Below are positions 38,626 through 47,167 of a stretch of DNA of 64,000 bases, one piece after another. The stretch is from Nannocystales bacterium. GTDB lineage: Bacteria; Myxococcota_A; Polyangia; Nannocystales; Nannocystaceae. The position numbers and the translations under genes were made by a program. Under the pieces are notes generated by a model. It was not told the origin of the DNA. It ran no database searches and saw only the letters and a program-made list of their open reading frames with translations. The stretch spans positions 192,001 through 256,000 of the forward strand of contig JBOEGF010000010.1 in the NCBI GenBank assembly GCA_050633305.1, given 5' to 3'. Position 1 is the stretch's first letter, and each line of letters begins with the position of its first letter.

Positions 38626-39578
38626 CCGCGCGAGCTTGTACGCGGTGCCACAGCCCGCTGGAGATCGAAGACCTGCGGTGTGCGGTCTGTGCTCTTCCCA
38701 CCCCGCGGCTTGCGAGGGACGAACGTCCGGCCGAGTCGGTTGCCCAGATCCTTCGATGCAACGGTTGCGGAGCAGGTGTCCAATACAGCGCCGAGGCCCG
38801 AGCGCCACGCTGCGACTTTTGCGGCGCGGTGATGGAACTCGAAACGCCCGAAGACCCGGTGGAGCAGGCCGAGCGTTACCTCGACTTCACGGTGACCGAT
38901 GCGCAAGCCCGGGCCGCGCTCAAGCAGTGGCTCGGCCGCAAGAGCTTCTTTCGCCCATCGGATCTCCAGTCTCGTGCGGCTGTCGATGGGCTCAAGCCGC
39001 TGTGGTGGGCGGGGTGGATGTTCGACGCCGCCGCCAGTGTTTGCTGGGCGGCGGACTCCAACGCTGGCTCGCGTCGATCTGCGTGGGCGCCTCACTCCGG
39101 AGAGTTCACGATGGAAGCCGAGAACGTGGTCGTGCCGGCCTCGGTCGGGCTGACGGCTGACGAATGCCGGGCGCTGGCGCGGCACTGCGATCTGGGGCGC
39201 TCCAGCGACGAGCCACAGGGGCATCCTGGGGCGACGGTCGAGCAGTTCACCCTTCAGCGCTCGGCGGCACGCAAGGTGATCTCGGAGGCTCTCGAAGGTG
39301 TCGCCCGCAGCCGCGCAAAACCCCACATTCCCGGGACCGCCGTTCGAAAGCTCCACGTGAGTGTGCTGCCGTCCCGACTCACCACGAGCCACCTCGCGTT
39401 CCCCGCGTTTGTGCTCGCCTACCGGTACCGGGACAAGCTCTATCGCGCCGTCGTCCACGGACAGGATCCGAGCTGTGTGTTGGGTAAGGCACCGGTGTCT
39501 TGGCCCAAGATTGCGCTGGTTGTTCTCGGGGTCATCGGGCTCGTCGGCTTGGTGGTGTTGGCGCTCTCGGTCGTTTGA
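38622..39578 (+). CDS. Zn-ribbon membrane-anchored protein, paralogue of the upstream gene
   Basis: ATGA overlap; four CxxC pairs, VHGQ, C-terminal TM. Confidence 0.82.
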   Translation: MTARACTRCHSPLEIEDLRCAVCALPTPRLARDERPAESVAQILRCNGCGAGVQYSAEARAPRCDFCGAVMELETPEDPVEQAERYLDFTVTDAQARAALKQWLGRKSFFRPSDLQSRAAVDGLKPLWWAGWMFDAAASVCWAADSNAGSRRSAWAPHSGEFTMEAENVVVPASVGLTADECRALARHCDLGRSSDEPQGHPGATVEQFTLQRSAARKVISEALEGVARSRAKPHIPGTAVRKLHVSVLPSRLTTSHLAFPAFVLAYRYRDKLYRAVVHGQDPSCVLGKAPVSWPKIALVVLGVIGLVGLVVLALSVV

Positions 39579-39666
39579 ACTTCCTGTTCGCGGCCCCACA
39601 AGGCGCGCAGTACCGGCCGCACCGAGATCCGGGAACCTCTGGGGGGCCTGGTCGCACAGCACAGAA

Positions 39667-41016
39667 GTGAGATTGAGAACGCTCGGGTTCGGGGTTGCGC
39701 TGTTCGCGGTGCTCGGAGGTTGTGACCAGCCCGCAGGCCGAGCGAGCAGCCCCTACGCTGCGCCCGGGGGGAAGGCCGACGACGGGGCCACGGCGATCGA
39801 GGGGCTGAACTTCGACGGCATCGCCCGAAGCTTGGTCGCGCAGGCGAGTGCGCCGCTCGACCCCGCGGCCCCCGGTGCCGAAGAGCCCGACGCGCCTGAG
39901 GAACCCGACGAGCCTGAAGAGCCTGAAGAGCCTAGTGATGATCCCGGGGAAGAGCCGCCGGGAGGCAGCGGTGAGGTTCCCGAGGGTTGTGACGGCTTCG
40001 AGTGTGCGGATGGAACGTGCATCGCGGTGAACTGGGAGTGCGATGGCGAGGCCGATTGTGGGGCCGCCGAGGACGAAGCGAACTGCGAGGGCTCGTGTTC
40101 GGGTCACACGTGCGGCGATGGCGTGTGCATCCAAGCCGACTGGGTTTGCGACACATGGGTCGACTGCGCCGACGGTTCCGACGAGGCGGCCTGCGGCGTC
40201 GCCGAGCATGAACTCGACCTCGAGGGGGCCCGCGCCCCGGCCTTGCTGGACACGAGCTGTGTCTTCAGCGCAACGGCAAGCTCGGCCGCGGCAGGTGTTG
40301 TCGCAGCCGAGATCATCACCAAATCCTGCACGGCAGGTGGCGTCGTGGTCGGCATTGCGACGTCTCCCAGCGGCGCGGGTGCCGTTGGCGGATTCGGCGT
40401 AGCCGCCGTGTGCGGGGCCACAGACCTCTCGCAAGTCGACGCTGTGGTCGGTGGAGTTGTGGGCGCAGTCGGAGGACTCGTCGGCGGTGTCACGTTCTGC
40501 GACGGTGGGGTGGTCGACCAGGCAAACACCTTCATCAACTGGCTGTGGGGAACCGAGCCCGAAGCGATTCCTGTCTACAAGCTGGACGCGCTCCCGACCG
40601 CCGACGAAGAGGGTGCTGGCCTTGCCGCGACGGCCGATGAGCTGCTCTCCGAGGCCTGCGGAGCCAACACGCCCGACGCCGCGATCGACAACTGCAACCT
40701 TTTCTTTCACTACACTGACGCGGCTGGGTACGCGGGCATCTCGAGCCACCCCGACATGGCCATTCTGGGGGACGCGCAGAATCGTGTCTTCGTCACCTGG
40801 ATCCCGTTCACCCCCTCGGACGTCCGCAATCAGCTGGTGTTCCAAGGTGCGAACGCTGGGAAGGGCGACTACATGTTTGCGTTCCGTCTCTCCGCCGACG
40901 CACCGCTCCGGCCAGACACGAACTCGATCGAGCTGGTCCACACTGGGACGTTGCGGCTGAGAACCCGGGCCGAGCTTGTCTACGCGGGGCCCAACCCGAT
41001 GGCGGTCTTGGAGTAG
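39667..41016 (+). CDS. lipoprotein with two LDL-receptor class A repeats and a putative C-terminal ADP-ribosyltransferase (HYD1-like) domain
   Basis: LGGC lipobox, GKAD motif, C.DG.CI...W.CD...DC....DE..C twice, Gly/Ala/Val-rich segment, FHYTD..GY.GI...VFVT. Confidence 0.75.
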   Translation: MRLRTLGFGVALFAVLGGCDQPAGRASSPYAAPGGKADDGATAIEGLNFDGIARSLVAQASAPLDPAAPGAEEPDAPEEPDEPEEPEEPSDDPGEEPPGGSGEVPEGCDGFECADGTCIAVNWECDGEADCGAAEDEANCEGSCSGHTCGDGVCIQADWVCDTWVDCADGSDEAACGVAEHELDLEGARAPALLDTSCVFSATASSAAAGVVAAEIITKSCTAGGVVVGIATSPSGAGAVGGFGVAAVCGATDLSQVDAVVGGVVGAVGGLVGGVTFCDGGVVDQANTFINWLWGTEPEAIPVYKLDALPTADEEGAGLAATADELLSEACGANTPDAAIDNCNLFFHYTDAAGYAGISSHPDMAILGDAQNRVFVTWIPFTPSDVRNQLVFQGANAGKGDYMFAFRLSADAPLRPDTNSIELVHTGTLRLRTRAELVYAGPNPMAVLE

Positions 41017-41032
41017 ACACGTCGCGCTCTCC

Positions 41033-41671
41033 TCACCCGGCACGAGGGCGGAGCCGAGCGCTCAGCAGCATCGCGATGCCCGGCAGTCCAACGCCGGCCA
41101 TCGCCGCCAACTCGAGACTGCCGAGGTCCGACGCGATGCTCCCTGCCGCGGCATAAACCAGTGCGATCGCGAGATTGGCGAGCGTCGTCGCGGCCAGGAC
41201 GCGCATGCGCGGCATGCCCGATGTCCCTGCAACGAGCACGCTCGCCTCGGCCAGCACTGGGACGGCCCGCAGCGCGACCAACAGAGCGAGTCCGTGTTTT
41301 TCTCCGAACGCTTCCAGTCGTTGGCGCTGGGCGTCGTCCACCCAACGAGACACCCCGGCACGGCCGGCCGAACGCCCCAACTCGTAGCCGACCCACCCGC
41401 CGAAGCTCAGGCCCAACGTGATGATCGTCGCCCCCGCGGCGGTCCCGAACACGGCGCCGACGCCCACGGCGAGCAGGCTGGAGGGGATCGGGAGCACGAG
41501 GTCGCCCGCGAGAAGGGCGATGAGAATGAGAGCCAGGGAAGCGGACGGGGTGGCGCTGTCGAGCAACGACGCGCCGTAGGCTTCGAACGCGTCCCCCCAG
41601 AGCGCAAACGGAACGAGGATCGCGGCGAAGAGCGCGGTCCACAGAACCGGTACGGGGACGCGTCGGGTCAC
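41033..41671 (-). CDS. DedA/VTT (TVP38/TMEM64) membrane protein
   Basis: DLVLPIPSS, LRAVPVLAE. Confidence 0.85.
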   Translation of the reverse strand: MTRRVPVPVLWTALFAAILVPFALWGDAFEAYGASLLDSATPSASLALILIALLAGDLVLPIPSSLLAVGVGAVFGTAAGATIITLGLSFGGWVGYELGRSAGRAGVSRWVDDAQRQRLEAFGEKHGLALLVALRAVPVLAEASVLVAGTSGMPRMRVLAATTLANLAIALVYAAAGSIASDLGSLELAAMAGVGLPGIAMLLSARLRPRAG

Positions 41672-41729
41672 GGTTTGTGACCGTAGCACTTGCTGGGCGC
41701 CGCCGAAGCTGGCCTGTGCCCGCGGCTGT

Positions 41730-42092
41730 CTATGCCTCGGACCAAACGCCGAGTTCGTTCCCGCCGGGGTCGGTGAAGTGAAAACGGCGGCCGCCGGGGA
41801 ACTCGAAGGTCGGTGTCGAGATGGTCCCGCCTGCTGCGGTGACTGCGGCGAGCGTCTCGTCGAGTTTTTCGGAGTACAGGACGACAAGCGGCCCGCCCGG
41901 CCCCCGCGGTTCTCCCTGTGTGAGGCCACCCTGCTCTCGGGTGTCTCCCTGAATCCCCGCGTACTCAGGGCCGTAGTCGGTGAACTGCCAGCCGAACGCC
42001 TTGGCGTAGAACGCCTTGGCGGCCGGGATATCGGGTACGGTGAGTTCGATGTAGTCGATCGTGTGGTGGGTGTGGACGGCGGACTCGGCCAT
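41730..42092 (-). CDS. VOC/glyoxalase family protein
   Basis: IDYIEL, FGWQFTDYGPEY, FPGGRRFHFTDPGGNELGVW. Confidence 0.92.
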   Translation of the reverse strand: MAESAVHTHHTIDYIELTVPDIPAAKAFYAKAFGWQFTDYGPEYAGIQGDTREQGGLTQGEPRGPGGPLVVLYSEKLDETLAAVTAAGGTISTPTFEFPGGRRFHFTDPGGNELGVWSEA

Positions 42093-42323
42093 GCGCATGA
42101 AGTACGCAAAGCCGAGCCCGCCGTCTACGGGACTGCTGACAGGAGGTGTCAGCAGTCTGCGAGTCGCGAGCCGTTGGACCGTGCCCAACGTGTGATGAGC
42201 ATGAGCTCCAAAGCGGAAGGACTCCGGTTGAGTTTCTATGGCGAACCTCGATGGTGAGCACACGCAGCGCGTACGGACGGTGCAACAAAAAAAGCCATGC
42301 GGGTCGGTGTACGCTCCGTCGCG

Positions 42324-44069
42324 ATGGTGAAACGCACCGCTTCGCTCGCCGCCTTGATGCTGCTTTGTGCCTGCAACGTGAAGGCCCAGGCCTCGGGCTC
42401 TGTAGGGAGCGCTCCGCCCCCCGACGCTGCGCCTGTTGCCGACGTCGCGACCTCCTCCGAAGCGCCGTCCGAGGCCCCAGCTGAGTCGGGGATGACGATC
42501 CAGCAAAAGGTCGACCAGTTCGCCGTTGCCGAGCTGACCGCGGACCTCTCGGACCTCTCGCAGAGCGAGAAGGACGCTTTGGATCTTCTCATCGCGGCAT
42601 CGAAGCACCTCGACCCGGTCTACGACCGTCAGGCGTGGGCCGGGAACCCCGACCTCGAGCAGCAGCTCGCAGGCGCAACCGACGATGAAGGCAAGGCCCG
42701 CTACGCATACTTCCGGATCATGCGTGGGCCGTGGGACCGCCAAGCCGACCATGAGGCCTTCGCGATCAACAAGCCGCACCCCAAGGGTGCTGGCTTTTAT
42801 CCCGAGGATCTGACCGCCGAGGGATTCGAGGCGTGGCTCGAGGACCATCCCGAAGACCGGAAGGCTTTCGAAGGGCTGTTCACCGTCATCAAGCGAGAGG
42901 GCGAGACCTACAAGGCTGTGCCGTACTCGCAGGAGTACGCGAAGTGGCTCGAGCCTGCTGCCGAAGGTTTGGAGCAGGCAGCCAAGAAAACCAAGAACAA
43001 GTCACTGCGCAAGTTCCTGAAGCTGCGCGGCAAGGGCTTTCGCACCGACGACTACTACGCTTCGGACAAGGCGTGGATGGACCTCGACAGCCGGGTTGAG
43101 ATCACCGTGGGTCCGTACGAGACCTACGAAGACAAGTTGATGAACTACAAGGCGTCGTTCGAGTCGTTCGTGACCGTGAGCGACCCCAAGGCTTCGAAGG
43201 CGCTGGCCAAGTACAAGAAATACCTGCCCAAGATGGAGAAGAACCTCCCGGTCGACGATGCGGTCAAGACCAAGCGAGGTGCCCAGAGCCCCATTCGTGT
43301 TGTCGACCTTGTTTTCACCGCTGGGGATGCTCGGACGTCGGTGCAGACGATCGCGTTCAACCTTCCCAACGATGAGCGCGTGCGCAAGGAAAAGGGCGCC
43401 AAGAAGGTGCTGCTACGGAACCTGATCGAGACCAAGTTTGACAAGATCATGAAGCCGATCGGGGAGCAGGTCCTCGCACCTGCGCACCACGCGATGTTGT
43501 CGGGCGACGCGTTCTTTCACCAGGTGCTGTTCCACGAGCTGTCCCATTCGCTGGGGCCAGCGTTCACGCAGAAGGATGGCCGCAAGGTCGAGGTCCGGAT
43601 CGCGATCGGACCGGCCTACTCGGCGATCGAGGAGTGCAAGGCCGATGTCATGGGTGCGTACAACATCCTCTACATGATCGACGAGGGAGAGCTGCCCAAA
43701 GACTTCCGGGAGAAGCTGCTTGTCTCGTACTTCGGTGGACTCTTTCGCAGTGTTCGCTTCGGCGTGGCCGAGGCGCACGGGCGTGGGGCCGCGGTGCAGA
43801 TCAATCGGTTCCTCGAGGACGGCGCGGTGACGCTCGATGGGGAAGGGCGGTTCGTGATCGACTCTCCCAAGCTCGAGAAGAGCATCTCGGACCTGGTGCA
43901 TGACCTGGTGATGCTCCAGCACGAGGGGGACCGCGGCGCGGTGGAGGCGTTCTTGGACAAGTACGGCGTCGCGAGCGAAGCAATGACGACTGCGCTCGGC
44001 AAGCTTGGCGGGATTCCGGTGGATATTCGGCCGGTGTACCCGCTCGCGGGTGAGACCGGACCTCGGTAG
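42324..44069 (+). CDS. peptidase M49 (dipeptidyl-peptidase III-like) lipoprotein
   Basis: LCAC lipobox, GPYETYED, AFNLPNDE, HELSH, EECKAD. Confidence 0.88.
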   Translation: MVKRTASLAALMLLCACNVKAQASGSVGSAPPPDAAPVADVATSSEAPSEAPAESGMTIQQKVDQFAVAELTADLSDLSQSEKDALDLLIAASKHLDPVYDRQAWAGNPDLEQQLAGATDDEGKARYAYFRIMRGPWDRQADHEAFAINKPHPKGAGFYPEDLTAEGFEAWLEDHPEDRKAFEGLFTVIKREGETYKAVPYSQEYAKWLEPAAEGLEQAAKKTKNKSLRKFLKLRGKGFRTDDYYASDKAWMDLDSRVEITVGPYETYEDKLMNYKASFESFVTVSDPKASKALAKYKKYLPKMEKNLPVDDAVKTKRGAQSPIRVVDLVFTAGDARTSVQTIAFNLPNDERVRKEKGAKKVLLRNLIETKFDKIMKPIGEQVLAPAHHAMLSGDAFFHQVLFHELSHSLGPAFTQKDGRKVEVRIAIGPAYSAIEECKADVMGAYNILYMIDEGELPKDFREKLLVSYFGGLFRSVRFGVAEAHGRGAAVQINRFLEDGAVTLDGEGRFVIDSPKLEKSISDLVHDLVMLQHEGDRGAVEAFLDKYGVASEAMTTALGKLGGIPVDIRPVYPLAGETGPR

Positions 44070-44171
44070 GCGGCGGCGCACCGAACAAACTCGTGGCGCC
44101 TGGCCGATGCCGCGGTCATACTCCTGCGCGGCTGCGCCGGATTGGCTGTGCGCGCCCCAAAGGAGCCTCCA

Positions 44172-44912
44172 ATGGCCAAACTGAATCAAATTCTCGCGAT
44201 CGAGAAGGGCAAGAAGACCCAGCTCCACAAGGAAATTACGGAGCTTCATCGCGCGACCCAGAAGAACCAGCTGATGACGGGTCATCACAAGACGTTCGCG
44301 CCCAAAGAAGAGGGCGGGGAGACGTTTCCCGACGACCGGCAGCATGTGCAGCACCGAGCCAGCGAGGTGATCGAGCAGGTCACCGAGCGGCTCAGCACGC
44401 TGATGGATGTCACCGCCACGAAGGACTGGGCCAACTGCACGGCTCGGGCGGACGTGGTGGTCGAGGGGGATGTGTTCCTCAGCGATGTTCCGGTCACGTA
44501 CCTGTTGTTCCTCGAGAAAGAGCTCACCGACTTGCACACGTTCGTGTCCAAAGTGGTTGAACTCGACCCCGCCGAGCAGTGGACGGCCGATCCCAACTCC
44601 GGGTTGTTTCGCAGCGATCCGGTGACGACGCACAAGACGAAGAAGGTGCAACGCGCCGTGGTCCTCTACGACGCCACCGAGCACCACCCCGCCCAGACGC
44701 AGATGATCACCGACGACGTCGTCATCGGGCACTGGACCACGGTGAAGTTCTCCGGGGCGCTGCCACGTCCGGTCAAGAAGCGCATGCTCGATCGCATCAG
44801 CACGCTGCAAGACGCCGTCAAGTTCGCCCGCGTGCAGGCCAACTCGATGGAAGCCAAGGACCAGCGTTTTGGCGCCAAGGTCCTGAAGTACGTGTTCGGC
44901 GATCCAGCCTAG
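44172..44912 (+). CDS. uncharacterised conserved protein (MAKLNQILAIEKG...), linked to the downstream structured RNA
   Basis: AAGGAG RBS; motifs TATKDWANC, VPVTYLLFLEK, FSGALP, AVKFAR. Resembles an unknown-function family I recall from actinobacteria/phages (possibly DUF7873, unverified). Confidence 0.88.
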   Translation: MAKLNQILAIEKGKKTQLHKEITELHRATQKNQLMTGHHKTFAPKEEGGETFPDDRQHVQHRASEVIEQVTERLSTLMDVTATKDWANCTARADVVVEGDVFLSDVPVTYLLFLEKELTDLHTFVSKVVELDPAEQWTADPNSGLFRSDPVTTHKTKKVQRAVVLYDATEHHPAQTQMITDDVVIGHWTTVKFSGALPRPVKKRMLDRISTLQDAVKFARVQANSMEAKDQRFGAKVLKYVFGDPA

Positions 44913-44919
44913 GGCAGCC

Positions 44920-45401
44920 CATAGATTTTCCTTCGGGAGACAAACTCAAACTCACGATCAAACTGAACCGGGCTTCTGGGAACCGTGAAGGTTCGACTCC
45001 TTCTCCTGCCATCTGCGGCGGGATGGCGAAACTGGTAGACGCTCCCGCCCATTCTGGGGCCGGGGGGTTCCGCAACAAGGAGGCTCAATGACGATCAAGT
45101 TTTCTCCCAAACTCAGCAACACATCGGACCTCGAAGTCTCTCTGTTCAGCGACACCTTCGTTCGAGATCGCGGTTAGAATCCGTGGGGCTCCACCAATGA
45201 GAGGCGGAGATTCGCTCCCCTCGAGTTCATCGCTCGAGCCTCTCCCTTCTGGAGCCCTGGTCAAACGTCAAGACGCGAGCGTTTAAACTAAGCGCTGAAG
45301 CCTGCCGTCTTCGAGAAATGCCGATGCCCGATGGAGCCGAAAATGGCTCGCGGGAAAACCAGAATCCCCCAAGTGCGGTTACATCTTGGGGGATTCGTTT
45401 T
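44920..45401 (+). ncRNA. putative large structured ncRNA/3' RNA with two circularly permuted tRNA-like domains
   Basis: Two T-arm > acceptor 3' strand > linker > acceptor 5' strand > D-arm units (44987-45042; 45169-45274), each on a long closing stem. Less GC-rich than the flanks, with no long ORF. Confidence 0.8.
45362..45401 (+). terminator. intrinsic terminator
   Basis: GAATCCCCCAAG...CTTGGGGGATTC 12-bp stem followed by GTTTT. Confidence 0.8.
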
Positions 45402-45562
45402 GGTTGGCGGGCCCGGAACCCGGTGCTACGCCGGTCGTCGATGGGGACGAGCGCACTTCGGCGACGCTGAGCGACACTGGTGGGTGGTGGGGTCGCGGTT
45501 GTCGGAAGGCAGGGTCCGAGTCTCAGCTCCCGTCCAGGACCCCATGCGGAGGCGTGCAGCAG

Positions 45563-46078
45563 CTACGATGCGCGCGCGAACTGAAAAATGTGCGGAACGT
45601 AGTCCGCCTTTCCTATGGCGACGCCGTTGTGGCGCAGGATCGCGTACGCGATGTTGAGGTGAAAATAGAACTGCGGGAGTGCCCAGCTCCGGATGAATTC
45701 GTCGAGCGAAAGGTCGAAGATCGCTCCGTCTGATAGCCGGAGCTCGACCGCAGTCTCTCCGGGGATCCCTCGTGTCGCCGAGCGCAGCCGTGCAACGTTC
45801 TCCACAATCAGGGCTCGCGCGGCCTCGAGAGAGTTGACCTCTGGGGTGTCCGGTATCTCGCTTCCCGTGACTCGCGACCATGCGTCCGTGGCTTGCATGC
45901 AGGTGAATCTCAGTTGCGAGGCGAGCGGATGCATGTCGGGGGCGAGTCGCGCCTGCAGTAGGATCTCGAAGGCGAAGCCCTTCGCTTCAGCATGAGCGTC
46001 TGCTTTGTCGAGTTGTTGCAGTAGGGCCTCAAGCATCTGAGCGTAGGGGACGAATATGAGGTCGCCGGTGGGATCCAT
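45563..46078 (-). CDS. DUF1993 family protein
   Basis: ARLAPDMHPLASQ, LPQFYFHLNIAYAILRHNGVAIGKADY. Confidence 0.9.
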   Translation of the reverse strand: MDPTGDLIFVPYAQMLEALLQQLDKADAHAEAKGFAFEILLQARLAPDMHPLASQLRFTCMQATDAWSRVTGSEIPDTPEVNSLEAARALIVENVARLRSATRGIPGETAVELRLSDGAIFDLSLDEFIRSWALPQFYFHLNIAYAILRHNGVAIGKADYVPHIFQFARAS

Positions 46079-46445
46079 GCGGGACCAAGTGTAACGGGGC
46101 ACTGTTCCCGAAGGTACGGTCGTCGAAGAAACGGGGGCGAGGTGTGCCGACCGCTGACGGAGGGGCAGGGGGGCTGTTGTGAGGAGTGCGCCGATCTTCG
46201 GCGGCGGGGCACCTTGCAGTTGTCGGTCGCAGGGGGGAGCAGGACGGACCCCTTTGCCCGCGATGTGCGGGCGGCGAATGCGGTCGCGGTCAGCTCGTAG
46301 GGATTCCGTCGGGCTGGGTTCGTTTGAACTGCTGAGACCCGAAGGCGATGTGCCTCCAGGTGCCGCGTCCAGGGCAGATGTCAGGATGTGTGCCTGCTCG
46401 GCGGCAGGGGGTTGCTGCCACCCGAGCGCGTCCTGAAGAGGACTG

Positions 46446-47060
46446 CTACGCCTTGGCCTTGAGTGTCTTGCAGGCTTCGATTTGAAGCTTGATTGCGGCT
46501 TCGTCGTAGCCGCCGTGGTTGCCCTGCTTGCAGACCCACTTCTCTTCCCCGAGTTCGAGGACCATCTGGAATTTGTGGGTCGGCTCCTCGCCCTCGCGCT
46601 GCATCGTGTAGTGGTAGAGGTTTTCGGTTTTCTCGATCGTCTTGTTGGTGCTGCCGTACTTGTTCTCGAGCATGCCCTTCTCTGTCTCGACGAGATCGGT
46701 GTTGTACTTGTTGCCTTTGGCGATCTGCACCCCGAACAGCTTGCCGGCATCGAACTTTTCGCCGTAGTTGACGCGGATCGTCGTGGGGTCGTCGTTGAAC
46801 GTGGTGCATCCCTTGGGCACATCGATCGTGGCGGGAATCTTGCTGTCGCCTTCATCGAGAGCGAGGGTCTCCGTTTCGGTGGGGAGCTTCGCGCCATCCG
46901 CGGGTTTCGCTGCTTCGGGCTTCGCGGCAGCCGGTTTCGCGTCGTCCTTCGCGGCGGTCGCCGCCTTCTTGTCTTCTTTCTTGTCTCCGTCGGAGGACTT
47001 CGAATCGCAACCAAACGCAGCGACGAGCACCAAGGCGAGGGGGAAGGAGCGGAGTCTCAT
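46446..47060 (-). CDS. hypothetical lipoprotein
   Basis: AAFGC lipobox, Lys/Ala linker. Confidence 0.8.
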   Translation of the reverse strand: MRLRSFPLALVLVAAFGCDSKSSDGDKKEDKKAATAAKDDAKPAAAKPEAAKPADGAKLPTETETLALDEGDSKIPATIDVPKGCTTFNDDPTTIRVNYGEKFDAGKLFGVQIAKGNKYNTDLVETEKGMLENKYGSTNKTIEKTENLYHYTMQREGEEPTHKFQMVLELGEEKWVCKQGNHGGYDEAAIKLQIEACKTLKAKA

Positions 47061-47167
47061 GCCAAACACAGACGCGCAGGAGGCCTTCGGTTGCACGCGC
47101 TCGCCAGAGTTTTCCCACGAGCCCCGATCGAGACCTCACGTCCCGTGGGTCCTGTGCGCCCCTGCCC

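Noticed and set aside
44987..45281. Canonical tRNA genes (e.g. tRNA-Leu) or an integration-site tRNA remnant
   Set aside because: The halves are in reversed order and pair with each other, there is no anticodon loop, and no integrase or direct repeat is nearby.
45169..45281. Two-piece (permuted) tmRNA
   Set aside because: Pair 3-70 is A-U rather than the G-U alanine determinant, a D stem is present, and no tag-like ORF ending in AA is evident.
45563..47014. 483-aa ORF as a single gene
   Set aside because: Only the last 171 aa (DUF1993-like) look real; the rest overlaps a separate lipoprotein gene in another frame and intergenic DNA.
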